Shown: positions 1 to 12,570 of the stretch, in pieces
Position numbering within the stretch: position 1 is the first letter of the stretch
Layout: every line of letters begins with the position of its first letter
Assembly: GCF_001194135.2 (NCBI RefSeq)
Contig: NC_068982.1
Location: forward strand, 108,105,348-108,152,570
Length of the DNA: 47,223 nucleotides
Direction of reading: 5' to 3'
Source of the DNA: Octopus bimaculoides
Taxonomy: Eukaryota
The notes under the pieces: generated by a model
Databases searched by the model: none
What the model was told of the DNA's origin: nothing
What the model saw: only the letters and a program-made list of their open reading frames with translations
Made by a program: the position numbers and the translations under genes

Positions 1-238
1 TGTCTTCCACAGGTTCAAAAATAAACTTGTCAAGCTACTTCATTTTGGTAATATTTATAGGATTGATGTTACTCCTCCAGAAATTAAAGAAACAATAAAG
101 AAGAATACGACTGTTATCAAATGAACAATATTTCGACATCTAGTGTGTCTTCCACAGGTTCAAAAATAAACTTGTCAAGCTACTTCATTTTGGTAATATT
201 TATAGGATTGATGTTACTCCTCCAGAAATTAAAGAAAC
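1..238 (+). repeat. Exact 93-bp direct duplication (1-93 = 146-238; period 145)
   Basis: The two segments are identical base for base; the first copy runs into the window edge. Confidence 0.9.
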
Positions 239-465
239 GAGTGCTTAATAATCGACGTGGCAGTGCCAGGAGATTAACATTTCATGAAAGAAAGAGAAAG
301 ATTGATAAATACGGAGACCTGAGAATCGAAATCGTCAAGATGTGGCAGCTACGAGAGTCAAACATAAAGGTTGTCCCTGTTGTCATCAGAGCATTGGGTT
401 CAGTGTCACACAACCTGAAGAAACATCTGGAAACTTTAGAAATACTCTACAATCTACAAATGTAA
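236..465 (+). mobile_element. R4/Dong-like non-LTR retrotransposon, restriction-like endonuclease (RLE) 3' relic
   Basis: ECLIIDVAVPGD* then frameshift to KIDKYGDLRIEIVKMW..KVVPVVIRALGSV: the IDVAVP / EK..KY / VPVVIGALG signature of RLE domains. Confidence 0.8.
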
Positions 466-554
466 ATAATTTTTTTTGTTTTGATTTGAAAGAATTATAC
501 AGAGAAACTTTTTATATAAACAATTCATTTCTTGGATTATAATACAATAATAAA

Positions 555-590
555 AAAAACAAACTTTCATTTGACAGTTAAGTCTTTATT
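555..590 (-). terminator. Candidate polyadenylation signal (AATAAA 590-585) with downstream U/GU-rich element
   Basis: Minus strand reads AATAAAgacttaactgtcaaatgaaagtttgtttttttt. A weaker alternative AATAAA lies at 1519-1514. Confidence 0.5.
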
Positions 591-942
591 TTACAGTAGT
601 TGAGGAAAAAAATGATTTAAATTTCATAGTAAGTACCACATCCAAGATTCATATTGCAGGAACTAGAGACATGGCACAGTTTGGTAAGTTTTCTTCAATG
701 GAACACAAAAATAGGCATGGAATTTCTACCAGACACACGTGCATTAGCCAACAACCATAAACACACATGCACACATACATGCAAACACACATATAAATCA
801 ATACATACACACAAACATACACCTGTGTGCATACTTATGTTGCACACCCACACATTCACACACTAAATGTACATCGGAGGTTTAAAATGAACTTGTTTTG
901 TTTTTCAACTCAGAAAAAGAACAAGACCTGCCAAATGGCAGT

Positions 943-1017
<75 letters not shown>

Positions 1018-2897
1018 GTGGGCAACAGAAATGACCATTGCCAGCATTTAGAGTATCCAAACTAGCAGATAGCAGACTTCATAACACCACCAGCAACAGC
1101 AATAGTAGTAGTAGTAGTAGAAGTAGTAGTAGTAGTTATAGAGCTACTACTACTGTCACCACTACTACTACTACAATCAATTGTTGACAGAGGACAAACA
1201 GAAGAAAGGTTTACAGCAGATAATATTCATTTATCCTCCTCTCTGGTCAACCAAATCTTGTTAAAATGCTGTAGTAGTAGTAGTAGTAGTTATAACACTA
1301 CTGCTGCTTTAAAAAAAACAACAAAAAAGAACCCTGCTATCCCTGGTTACTATCATTAGTTAGGTTGGCCAACTAATATAATAGTAGTGCAAGTAGTAGC
1401 AGCAACAGCAGCAGCAAGAAATATATATATATGTATATATTTTTTTTTATGTCAATCTCAAGGAATTCCTCTGCTCCAGACAACATGATCTTGTGATTGA
1501 GCACTGGACTGAGTTTATTTATGAGATAGATGAAAGCAAACAGAAATCTCTGGAGTGAACAGAAGAAAATTCTGTTGGAGGCTCTGTAGAGTTATGATAA
1601 ACCAAAAAGCAATATATTATTATTATACAACTAACTGCTGATGAACTCCAGAGCTAAGTTCTATATTGTCAATACAGATGACATGGGCAATCTCCTACAA
1701 TCTTCATTATGTTTTTACAGCTCCATACTGTTCTGACTGACTTACACAGCCAGCTCCACATTGCTCTTACAGAATATCCAATAATATGCACATTGCTATG
1801 ACAAACCTCAGAACCAGTGTATGTCTTTTATAACAGACCAGACAGCCATTGATTTGTACTATTTATATCTGTTTAGACAGATTTTGCAGCCAGTCCTTTC
1901 TTGTTACGACATAATCTTCTTTCTGGTGAGAAACTCCACAGTCAATACGTTATTCTGCTGATAAACACCACGGCTGATTCCATGCTGTTGTGACAAGAGT
2001 CCACAGCCAATTTCAAACTTATATACTAAATCACCAAGCATGATGTTCTCTTGTAAGGTTTAAAAAAAAAAGAGAAAAAAAAAAAGAAAGAAAAGCTTGG
2101 TGTTAATTGTACACTCATTTCTAGTCAAATTAGAGTTTAAAATAAAGACCACATAGCAAAAAAAAATGGAAAAAAAGGAAATTGTAGATAATTCTGTAAA
2201 TATTTTGTTTGTTATTTACACTAGATGTATTTTTTTTTGTAATTTATTTGTAAATTTAACACAAACATCACTAAAATATTGTATCAGCTGGCCACATCAA
2301 TGGCATAAATGCACCATGTTATCACTTATAGCACTGGTAACAGTAGTTAGTATTAAAATTAGTAGTAGTAGTAGTAATAGTAATGCTAGTGGTGGAGGTG
2401 GTTGTGATAGTAGTGGTAGTAGTAGTAAAATGTTCTATGTAAGCCAACACAACAGCAGTAGAAGGTGCAAACGAGGTAGTCCAAAGGTGGTCTGTTGGAG
2501 GTGAAACTGCTAAGATGGTCAAAGGTCAGATAGAACCAAATGGCACAATAGTATTGGTACTGTTGGTGTTGATTCTCAAAAATACAGTAAGAAGTAGCAT
2601 CATCATCATCATCATCATCTTCATCATTATTACTACTGCTGTTGTCAGTGCTGCTTCACACAGCACACAGTCACAAGAATACTCTTGGTAGAGCCAGCAG
2701 CACTAGGGAAAGCTTAACAAGCAAGTTGCACTCAGTTCAGATTAGTTGAGACAACATCTAGTAATGGCATAATCCCATTATGGTGTTAGTTGGTAGTGAA
2801 GGTAGTAATAGTAGTGGATTTCTTGAGATGTAGACAATGTCTTGACCACTGTTTGAGAGCTTAACTGAGTGACTTTGAGTCATAGCTGGGACAGAGG
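570..2897 (-). other. TCF20: Probable terminal exon / 3' UTR of the TCF20-like gene
   Basis: Acceptor gtctttttctttttAG (2899-2898). About 2.3 kb with no recognisable transposon, rich in simple repeats, ending at an AATAAA with a downstream GU/U-rich tract just before an R4 relic. The end point is approximate. Confidence 0.55.
946..1014 (+). repeat. (GA)n microsatellite, with nearby (TAG)n tracts at about 1105-1290
   Basis: Direct reading. Confidence 0.95.
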
Positions 2898-3169
2898 CTA
2901 AAAAGAAAAAGACAAAAAATTTAAATATATAGATATAAATATATACATATGATTGCTCTACAAGAAACAAAAACATTTTATTAAAAATATAACTCATTGT
3001 TTCTTCTATTCTTCCTATATTGAAAAGTATGAAAGGTAAACAAAAGAGGTTGATAAATTACAACAGGACCAATGAAATTACATGCAAGAAAACTTCACTA
3101 ATCAAACAGAATGTAAGCAAAACTACTACTGCTCAGAAATTGTGAGAACAATGAGGACCACAACCCTAA

Positions 3170-3925
3170 ATACACAGGCACGCACACAGTCAACAATGAG
3201 TTCAGTTCAACCCATAACACAGGAAGTTAAGGCCAGTTGTCTGTAGGGATTCCTGCATGGTAACGGCATAATTCTGATAGCTGAAACTGTAGAAGATTTA
3301 GAGAAGAAATTCCAGACATGGTAGTAAAACTTATAAACAAGTAACCATAAAATAAGCTTAGTAAAAACTAAAGTATTAGTAAATAGGGAAGAAGACAGGA
3401 GCCTGGTACCATCAAGTAAATGGCCAGGCTTGATATGCAGAAAAGGAGTAGGTAGAAATCACACTGTGAACTATGGATGCCCAAGTCGTGAAATGGGATC
3501 AATGGCAGATTAACAGAGAAAATAAGACTTCAGTAAGCATTATGAGTTCACAGGAAACACTCTCAAATGTTTTAAAGACACATATTAGTTGAAAAATTGT
3601 TAACTAGATCACTGAGAGTGGATGTTCTAGAAAGACAAGTATATTAATGAGAGTATGAACAAGTTAGCAAAGTTCAGGAAGTGACTGTTTCAGCTGGTAA
3701 CAAAAAACTTCTCCTATAGAGTAGATTATATTGTATGATGTCTGTGTATGAAGTGTGATGCTGCATGGAAGTGAGATGTAAGCCTTAAATGCAGAAGATT
3801 TGCAAAGACTAGAAAGGAATGAAGTGATCATGCATGAACAGCAGAGTACAAATGAGCTGCAAGAAGAATCAGAAGTAGCGTTCAAAACAGAAGACTGTAA
3901 TGATAAAGACAAATGATGCCATGGT
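3170..3925 (+). mobile_element. Decayed RTE-clade LINE (RT core to thumb)
   Basis: ILIAETVEDLEKKFQTW, KTKVLVN..KWPGLICRKGVGRN and LNAEDLQRLERNE, with stops and frameshifts; homologous to the copies at 35.2 and 45.2 kb. Confidence 0.75.
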
Positions 3926-3988
3926 GAAATCTGAGCATCTTTAGGAATAGTGTGTGTGTGTGTGGATATATATATATATATATATATA

Positions 3989-4074
3989 NNNNNNNNNNNN
4001 NNNNNNNNNNNNNNNNNNNNNNNNNNNNNNNNNNNNNNNNNNNNNNNNNNNNNNNNNNNNNNNNNNNNNNNNNN
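3989..4074. other. Assembly gap within (TA)n; further gaps at 32397-32704, 34352-34691 and 37403-37412
   Basis: Runs of N, all flanked by (TA)n/(CA)n-type simple repeats. Confidence 0.98.
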
Positions 4075-4779
4075 ATATATATAAACTACATTTATAGATT
4101 TCTTTCAAATTTACCTTGTTTGTATATTTTTTATCCACATGTAATTTTACTTGTGAGATGTATGACAAATTTTGATTAATTTGTCTAATGAATCATTATA
4201 ATATGTGTGAGTTTATTTAATTTAGCCAATGTCATGAATTTCATTGTTTTACCTTTATGGTACACCTGTCTTATGTATGTTAAGTTCAACAGAGAGATAA
4301 TCCAGTAATTTGCACAATTCTTTGTTAAAGTTTCATTTTACACTCATTGAATATTAGCTAACAACTCATTTTCTATGCTGATGTCTAAACAATATTTAAA
4401 TAATTTAATACTTTGTTAAACTTATGTGTATTTACCTGTAATCAAGACAAAAATTATGAAATTTATTTGGTTAAGAACCTTTGTTTAGCCATGTTCCAAA
4501 AATCATGTTGATTAATAAAAAAAAGTTAGAGTTGTTTTAAGAAACCAATCTAAATTCACAGTTACTTTAGAATTTAAATGAAATGCATAAGTGGTGTATT
4601 TTGGTTTACAATATAGTAATGAAAAAGTTAAGGATTTGGATCCATGGTTGGAATTTCTTCTCTACATCTTCTATAGATTTGGTTATAAAACCCCGAGTCA
4701 TACATTAGCATAAGAGAGTTTCACAGTAGAGTCAGTCTTAAATACTTCTGTTGATGAACTACAGTAAGCAAGGGAACTC

Positions 4780-4990
4780 TGATGGATCCACACCTGCATG
4801 CTAAATTCACAATTGTTTGTCCACCACCACCATCATTTGACAACTTATTTATATCACTATAACTTAGAAGTTCAGCAAAAGTGGCTGACAAAATAAATAT
4901 CAGGCTTAAATACTGCGGTTGATTTGTTCAACTAAAGCTTTCAAGGCTGTGCCCCAGTATGGCCATGGTCAAATAACTGAAACAAAATTG
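4780..4990 (+). mobile_element. SINE 3' portion (family also at 13765-13970, 31550-31765 and 40328-40380 on the minus strand)
   Basis: Shared motif gctgtgccccagtatggcc..gtcaaatgactgaaaca, which is the reverse complement of tgtttcagtcatttgac..ccatgctgg in the other three copies. Confidence 0.6.
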
Positions 4991-5572
4991 AATATATATT
5001 TTCAATATGTGTGCATATGTGTGTGTGGTGTTAGGGCTCAGTATCAAATACAACACTCCATTTTTGTATCCAGTGCAGTTGGGCAAAGGATAGACCAGTA
5101 TTTGGAATACAAGCTACATATCAGTATTTTAAAAAATACAGAAACCTAGTTTTGTCCATTAAGCTTCATGAAACATACATGTGCTTTAGTAAATCAACTG
5201 AGAAAACTACACAATTGCTTTGCAAACACTACGCAATCTTACAAAAAACTCCATTAGTGTTTTCAGGCAAAAAATACAAAGTATAAAGTTAGGTTTGCTC
5301 AATATATATATCCCCATTATGCAAATTACCTCCAACATCAATGAAGTGCTGGGATACAGGATGACAGAGTATTAAGTAGTAGTATGGAGTAACTAGAAGA
5401 TAGAAAGGTTGATGTATGGAAGGTGGTGGAGGCCATGCCTTCTCATACAAATTTAGGCATATACATCCTTGTACAGTCACAACCATTCACATGTAAACGC
5501 AATAGAGTAAAGGGAATAGAAACAGATAACCCTGAAGCAACTCAAAGGTGAGGACAACAGCAAAAACAACAA

Positions 5573-5710
5573 TGATAATCCTTTCTACTAAAGGCACAAG
5601 GCCTGAAATTTGTGGGGAGAAGACTAGTCAATTACATCAACCCCAGAAAGGATGAAAGATAAAGTTGACCTTGGTGGAATTTGAACTCAGAACGTCCAGA
5701 CAGATGAAAC
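5573..5710 (-). mobile_element. SINE with a Nin-like central domain, internally deleted
   Basis: Minus strand: ttctgagttcaaattccaccaaggtcaactttatctttcatcctttctggggttgatgtaattgac..ggccttgtgcctttagtagaaaggattat (B-box-like gagttcaaattcc). The family name is from recall. Confidence 0.6.
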
Positions 5711-6729
5711 ACAACAACAATGATAATAATAGCAAGCATATCAACATCAGTATGAGTGACGACAGTCCACTGTCATATATCAGAAGTGGAAGCAGTTAGT
5801 GATCACTTCCTTTGAGCAGTTTATAATACCTGCTTCAAACAGCAATCTCTCAGGCAGACAAAGGTGTTCATTAAAAAAAGAATCTGTAGCTTATATTGAA
5901 CAATGTGTACTGCCTGTCCCCAGATCCTTTCACTTGAACTCAGTTCACATCACCTGCATACCCTTACCTACCTATACCCAGGCATACTATGCCAGGTCAA
6001 ATCACATGTATAGGTGCATGTTTATTGATGCATTCATGCATCAGTATTGATACATATACTTGTGCACAAATTCATTCCTCCTCATCATACCACACAGCAA
6101 CCAAGCTTAAGTTACTTCTACTACTCTTCAACTTGCCCATGCATGCACACACCGTCACATTTGAGTGTATATGTTTGTAAGTATTAATATGAACAATGGT
6201 AGATTATCCATGTGGTTTATTTAAGCCCATCATGTCCAGTAAGTTAATAGGGCTTAGTCAGTCGATGGTCATAGGAGACACTCATTGCATTCTGCAGAAG
6301 AGTGTATCATTATATGTAATCCAGGCTTTAAACATCTTTTACTGGACAGTGTTCAGACCAGTGGGTGCACTAAATTATCAATTGATGTGCACATCCTTGT
6401 TCCAAGTATTGTTATGATCCAATACTCCATTAAAAATGTTGCTGACACAAGCACAGCCTAGGTTTACACAAAGATGGATAAGATGAGAGAGGAGTTTGAG
6501 CAGGTGTATACAAAAACTATGGGAACAGTGTAGCAAATATCCTTATGTCAACTGTAAGGCCTGCAGTAAACTAGTGAACTTCCTCATAAGTTCAGATAGC
6601 TCCTGGTCCAATAATTTCAATAAATTCTATTCTTTCAGTGTGTACAGCAAATCCCTAATTATCTATATTTATTAAGAAGATGCCATTGTTAACTAATACA
6701 ATCTCCAACTTTATCTCTAGTACATAATC

Positions 6730-7430
6730 CATAAAATGGCTATGAAACAATGAAACCATGACACAATTCGATTTGCCAGAAATTTGGAAACAACATGCTG
6801 TACTGCTTGGCATTCACACCAGATGCTCCAATACGGATATTTCAGGGTGTTTGGGTGTCAATCTGAGAGTGATGAAAATAAAACATCTAGTGAACATCAT
6901 GGTGTTTGGAGTGATCACTAGTGATGGCAACATTATGCCTCCATTCATCTTCCCACACAGCCTCTGACTCAACACTGAGGCTTACATCAAGTTCCTGGAG
7001 GAGGTAGTGTTGCCCTGGGTCAAGAGGGTGGCTACTGGAAGACCCTATGCCAGGCAACAGGACTCTGCACCATGCCAGAAGCAGGAGAACCTAGTCATGG
7101 CTGTAAGATAATTTCTGCAACATCACCCTTAATATCTGGCACCTAACACCTCAAACTGCAACCCCCTTGATTATTATGTGTGGGGCACAGTTGAGTGAGA
7201 GACCAACAAAATTCCTTATAACACCAAAGATGAACTGAAGGTAAAGATTATAACAGCATTCACCAACTTAAACACCATCCAGAAGAGTTGCAGGAGATTC
7301 CAAAGTCGTCTGGAGGACATAGTTAAAGCCAATAGCGATTTTATTGAATAAATTTACCCTTTAGTATTTCAAGATATTTTAATGTAATTTTGGTAAATAT
7401 ATCTGTTAATAATGAGATGTCACACAAACA
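6730..7430 (+). mobile_element. Tc1/mariner DD37D (maT)-like transposon relic with internal deletion
   Basis: MTQFDLPEIWKQHAVLLG..GVNLR fused to MVFGVITSDG..YIKFLEEVVLPW..RQQDSAPC..(N)CNPLDYYVWG..RFQSRLEDIVKANSDFIE*. The two D codons (7061 and 7169) are 108 nt apart, 6 nt short of DD37D spacing, in a frameshifted copy. TIRs not recognised. Confidence 0.8.
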
Positions 7431-8589
7431 CAAATACATACATATACTGAACTTCATAAAAACTGTTTAGTGTATGCAAAGTTATTTCCCTTGAAATAAT
7501 TTAGTAGCAGTAAAGTAGATTGCTAATATATAGGCGTGGAACTGTGTAGCAAAGCATATTAAAGTGTTTAAGATAGCAATGTTAAAGTAATTTCAAGGAG
7601 TAGAAGGAAACAATGAAACAAAAAGTAAGATTATTAAATAGAATCAGTAATTAGGATAGAGAAAGAAAAGGAAAATTTTAGGATCCAAGAATATATTATA
7701 AAATGAATGCACACATTTATAAAATGATATCTACATATGTCACATAAGTGAATAATGGCTCATTCAATACCAAGATGGTTTGCCAGTAGTTGAAAATTAA
7801 ATAATTCCAGCACAATAGTACTATTACTTAAAATCAATAAACACACTGGTGCATTGTGCAGAAGCTGCAACTAATGTAGACATATGTCAAGTGCTTAGAG
7901 AGAATTTCAAGGTAAGCATGGAAGAACAAAAAAGGTCTTCAATATAAATTTCAAATTATAGTGGTCTAGTTAGATTATTAAAATCAAATTACAATCTTGC
8001 ATATTGTGTCTTCTTTGTCTTCTAGAATGAATGCTTGTGACTAATTTTATTCTGTAAATGATCACTTATGGAAGAAAATAATTTGAGTTAACTTTATCAT
8101 TTATGTTATTTAAAAATAATAATAATAAAAAATTCTCTTGTAACTAAACACACCTAATCTGAAAAATAATATTAAGCATTCATTCTATTAAAGTGAATTA
8201 TTTCTCAAATTAGATTTCTTTCATTTAGATATGATATGATAGAAGTTGGAGTAAAATTAAGTATGAACATTTATTATTCAACTGCAGAACAAATAAATTT
8301 TAATAGGAAAACAAACAATATACTTCCAAAATCATTTAAGAACTTCAGTAAATCATTCCTACCTTTTTTTTTAAATACCAAAAGATCATTCATAGGGTGC
8401 CTTATTTGAAAGAAAAAAAAAACCAATAGAGAATGCTAAGTGCCAATATTTCTAAAGTAACATTATATATATATATATATATATAAGCTCTGTACAAGAA
8501 AATATATTTATTTACCTAACCTAGAAATAAAAATTTACTTTAGATCAGCACAATAACCAATTAAGATTATTGGTTAAAACTTACTCATG

Positions 8590-8637
8590 TCAGGACTTTG
8601 CACTACTCTGAGGGTCCAGATTTTTCATCTTTTTGTC
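8590..8637 (-). CDS. TCF20: TCF20/RAI1-like stop-containing exon (exon 8585-8637; DKKMKNLDPQSSAKS*)
   Basis: Strong acceptor tttattttttttttAG (8639-8638). Phase-0 open frame to TGA at 8592-8590. Consensus donor GA|GTAAGT at 8584, 5 nt after the stop. Confidence 0.72.
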   Translation of the reverse strand, partial: DKKMKNLDPQSSAKS

Positions 8638-9319
8638 CTAAAAAAAAATAAAGGGGGTGGGATAATTAAGTTAACAGCTATTTAGGGGTGCAGTAGTCAG
8701 TCAAAGATGTCTTATAACAGAGTTAACTTTAAGGGCTAGTACTTTGCATGAGATTTAAAAGTATCATTTTGATCAGTTGTGGGAACAGCACACACATACA
8801 ACTCATTGTATCTCACCTTTTAGTTTCAGGTGGCATCATTCAAACAACAAAAATTATAAATGTACATAAAAGCTTGGATAGTATTGAGAAATGGTAAATC
8901 TATCTTTTATCAATAATACAACTGTGGACAGGATCTATGGATCCATTTGCATCCCATTCCTGGCAAACATTTCTGTTGATTGCTCTCCAAGTCTTTCTTT
9001 TAACTGAAGTTAGTAATTCTCATGGAATAAAAACAAAGTTTTCTTTTTTGTTATCAGAGAATATGACAAATACATTGCAAATGAAGTCTCAACTGTTTCA
9101 AATGACAAAAGACTTTAGTTTAGTGTTATTTATCTGCATAACTTGTAACTGAGGAAGACAACAGTATTACCAACATAAACTATAAATATATTAAATTTGA
9201 ATTTACTTGTACTTGGATTGCTAACTAATTTTGATAAGATACAAAATAAAAAGTGGGTATTGAGATAAGAGGAGATAACTGAGCAAGCATAAATACTATC
9301 TGAATGTATGTTACACATA

Positions 9320-9470
9320 CACAGTTCTCTATCTACCAAATTTCACCTACGAGGTACTGGTCAACTAGAGCCAGTCAATGGCAGAAGACACTTCCCCAAT
9401 ATGCCATGAAGTGGTATTAAACCTGGGATTTTGTGATTGTAAAGTGAACTTTTTAAGCATAGAGCCATGC
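9320..9470 (-). mobile_element. tRNA-derived SINE with a CORE-like centre
   Basis: Minus strand: ggcatggctctatgctta..ccaggtttaataccac..tattggggaagtgtcttct..gaaatttggtagatag, with degenerate A/B boxes. Confidence 0.55.
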
Positions 9471-9819
9471 CAAGACTTACCCTGATATCACAGAAATCCA
9501 GCTTTTGAATATTAAACCTGTCACAATTTACTAACAGAAGTAAGATTCTCTACACAAGAACTGCATCTAGAAATACAACTGCCAAAATGACTTTTAAGTC
9601 AGACTCTGGAGTTGCAAGCTAAATTTATGAGAATGTCACACCATTACTTTTATTGCTACACTTAAACTTAGCTTATTGGCACACTAATACAACATATAAA
9701 GTAATTTAGTGTAGTTATAACTTTATCAAATTGCTAAACAACTAATTGTCTACTGTATGCCTAAATCATGATAGGAAATTTGAAACCACAAAAAGATAGT
9801 TATTAACTAAATTAGATCA

Positions 9820-12570
9820 TTGTATTAGTGTACTTCTCCTGAGCGGTTTTAATTTCCCCAATCTCAAAAGGACTGATAACCACATCCTCTCGGAAATGTC
9901 ATTGCATGACTGAAAATAAGCAGAACTCCTCCTTGAGCTCACTGACATGCAGTTCATGACAAAATATTATTTTATCCAACCAAGGATTACAATGCTAGAG
10001 CTCTGCTTTAGAAATAACATAGATCTCATCCATAATGTGAAGATGACGTCTATAATTTTCTCTGACCATAACGGAACAGACTTAATATTGCATGATTTAA
10101 AGCAAACTGTAGATATGCATTTCACATGGAGTATTCTATCTATCTATCCAGCCTTAAGTACCTCAAGATTCACTGGAAATCAATTTAATACAAAGTCTTC
10201 ACACAGAACTGGCTCAAAAGTTTCTCTATGCAAGACAGTCATGAAACTGGAACAATTTGTGTCAACACAGTAATTTAAATGCATGAAAGGCCAAAATTTA
10301 CAAAAAGATAATTACTAAAGATGAAAAATTCTGATAAGAAAGAATTCCACTTAAACTGGACACAAGAAACCAAGAATAAAATAAAACACTCCCACAAAAA
10401 AGATAAAGCAGAAAGGGAAAACAAGGCAGCAGAAAACAAAATTAAATCCTAAAATTATTTATGAATTTGCAAAAGAAAATCTACATCAGTGCACTACAAA
10501 TTAAGACCACTGTTACTAGGAAACAACTCACTGATTGGAAACCATAAAAACATAAATGAAATACTGAATGAACAATTCAAAAGTGTTTTTGCAACACAAT
10601 AGAACACATAGAAATAAATAAGCCATTTGAGTTCTTCAGTTCTGCAACTCAACATAGAAGTGGCAACTATCATTTACATCTTTATTAAAAAGGAAGATGT
10701 AATATATCAGCCATAGATAAAAATTGATTTGCAAGTATTAACCCCACTGAAAAGTTGAAAACCATAATATGATAGAGTAGAGGCTAAAAATGACAAGCCT
10801 CTCTTGTAACTTCATGTATCAACTAAGTCATAAAATAAATTATCAGAGAGGGGGGGGGGGAAACAATCATATTCTTAGAGGGAAATGATTCACTAAGCAA
10901 AAATCAGCATGGTTCCCATCAAGTAGAAGATGCTTCACAGAGCTGCTACAACATTATAACTGAGTATTGATATAGCTGTTCAATCAGTCAAATGTAGATG
11001 CAGTCTATTTCATTTTTACAAAGACCTCAGACAAAGTTAATGCTGGAATGGTATGCCAAGAACGATATGATCTCAAAATCACTAGAAAAGTAGGAGTGTG
11101 AGTTTTTAAGAGACATGTCTTAGGATCATTACTGTTTGTAATAGCACCCTGAGAGATGCATACACTTATACAGGCACGCTTACTACTTGAGATAATATGA
11201 AAATATAAAAGGCAACCAAAAGTCATGATGATGTCAAAAGCCTTTTTTTTCTTCTTGTTCTATTCATGACTAGGAGCAGTGTAGTGTGATAACATTTATT
11301 GATTATGGCCTCCACACACCCTCAGAAATTGGTGCGACTCAGGAGAGGAATTTTAACTGCAAGAAAGCTACAAGGAAGACCAGTCTCTGTGATGTACTTT
11401 TGCCAAGAGAGACCCTCCTGAACATGAATACAACACAATAAGAACCTTTAATGAACACAAATTCTAATTGTATCTTTACATGTTTAGGAGGAGAGGCAGT
11501 GTATGATAATGGTTTCTTGATGCGATTAGGTATTATGGCTGTTGAAAGAGACAAAATGGGTGTGACCCCCATTGAGGATGTCTCTGAGGTCTCTGCTTAT
11601 ATGATTATTGTTGGTTTGATATGAGGTTTCTAGGTTGCATGTAAATTCACTTGTGTGCAAAAGGTTAGAGAGGAGTGAAAGTGCTATTATCTGTATAGGA
11701 GTAGGTGGTGTTGTTGGAGGTGACAGCAGGTAGACTATTAAGGTAGAGGAAGAATGTGAGAGACCAAAATGAAGCTTAGTGCACACTAGAGTGTGGGTCT
11801 GTGATGGTGCAATCTGACCAGAAATCACTAAACCAACAGATGAGAAATGGATGGAGCAAACAGTTTTGCCAGGATATTTGTGTGCCAGACATGATTGCAT
11901 GCTTTTGATAATGAAAAATTTCCAACACTTTGCTCTAACACATTACACCTTGGATACTCAGGATCAGGAGTCACAAGCAGTGTTTGACTTGGAGATCAAA
12001 AAATGGATTATAATGCATCATTGCAGACACGTCTAGAATCACAAGGACAACAATGTAGAGATAACTGACAGGATGGATTCTAAAATTGTTTAGAATAAGA
12101 GGACATTTGTTCTTAGTCGTGCAAATTATTGCTCTCAACTATGGTTGTCAGATAGTGGTAAACTGATTGTAGGAATTGAAGCAATTCAGTGCTACGAAGA
12201 TTGCTTCTGGGCAACAGATGAGCAGCTAGGAGAAGTTGAAAGTACCAAGACTCTACTCTCTAGAGTAAAGATGCAGTGCTATATATGGAAGATCTTGGAA
12301 AGACTAACACCATTCTGAATAAGCCTCTGAACTTAATGCTAATGCATAGTACCAAATGTCCCACAGCTTCTCAATATCCAGCTGAAAAACTTAAGGATTT
12401 ATGTGGAATAGATTTTAGCATATTCAAACAACACTTGGATATTTTATTGGCTAAGATTCCAGATGACCTTACACTACAGCAAAAAACAATTATAAGGGCA
12501 GTGATACCAAATTCCCACATTCTCCAAAAGATAATGAGCAGTAGAAACATCATATCCCAGTATGGCTAAA
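9820..12570 (+). mobile_element. Decayed CR1-like LINE (APE endonuclease to RT C-terminus), interrupted by an opposite-strand insertion
   Basis: LLSGFNFPNL; PRITMLELCF..SIIFSDHN (APE); NEQFKSVF; SKNQHGS; VDAVYF..TSDKV; C-terminal LKDLCGIDFSIFKQHLDILLAKIPDD. Many stops. Confidence 0.7.
11270..11900 (-). mobile_element. CR1-like LINE fragment (endonuclease joined to thumb region), nested in the plus-strand CR1
   Basis: APE-like QIIALSLLSNLLH..ISRDLRDILNG..IPNR, then EGLSWQKYI. The segment gagggtctctcttgg is shared with the 16.4-16.9 kb copy. Confidence 0.6.

Noticed and set aside
121-465. 114-aa ORF as a gene
   Set aside because: A chimera of duplicated flank and a frameshifted RLE relic.
2166-2504. 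112-aa Ser/Gly-rich ORF
   Set aside because: Translation of (TAG)/(TGG) simple repeats antisense to the putative 3' UTR.
6190-6630. Additional minus-strand CR1-like 3' relic
   Set aside because: The resemblance is too weak to support without an alignment.
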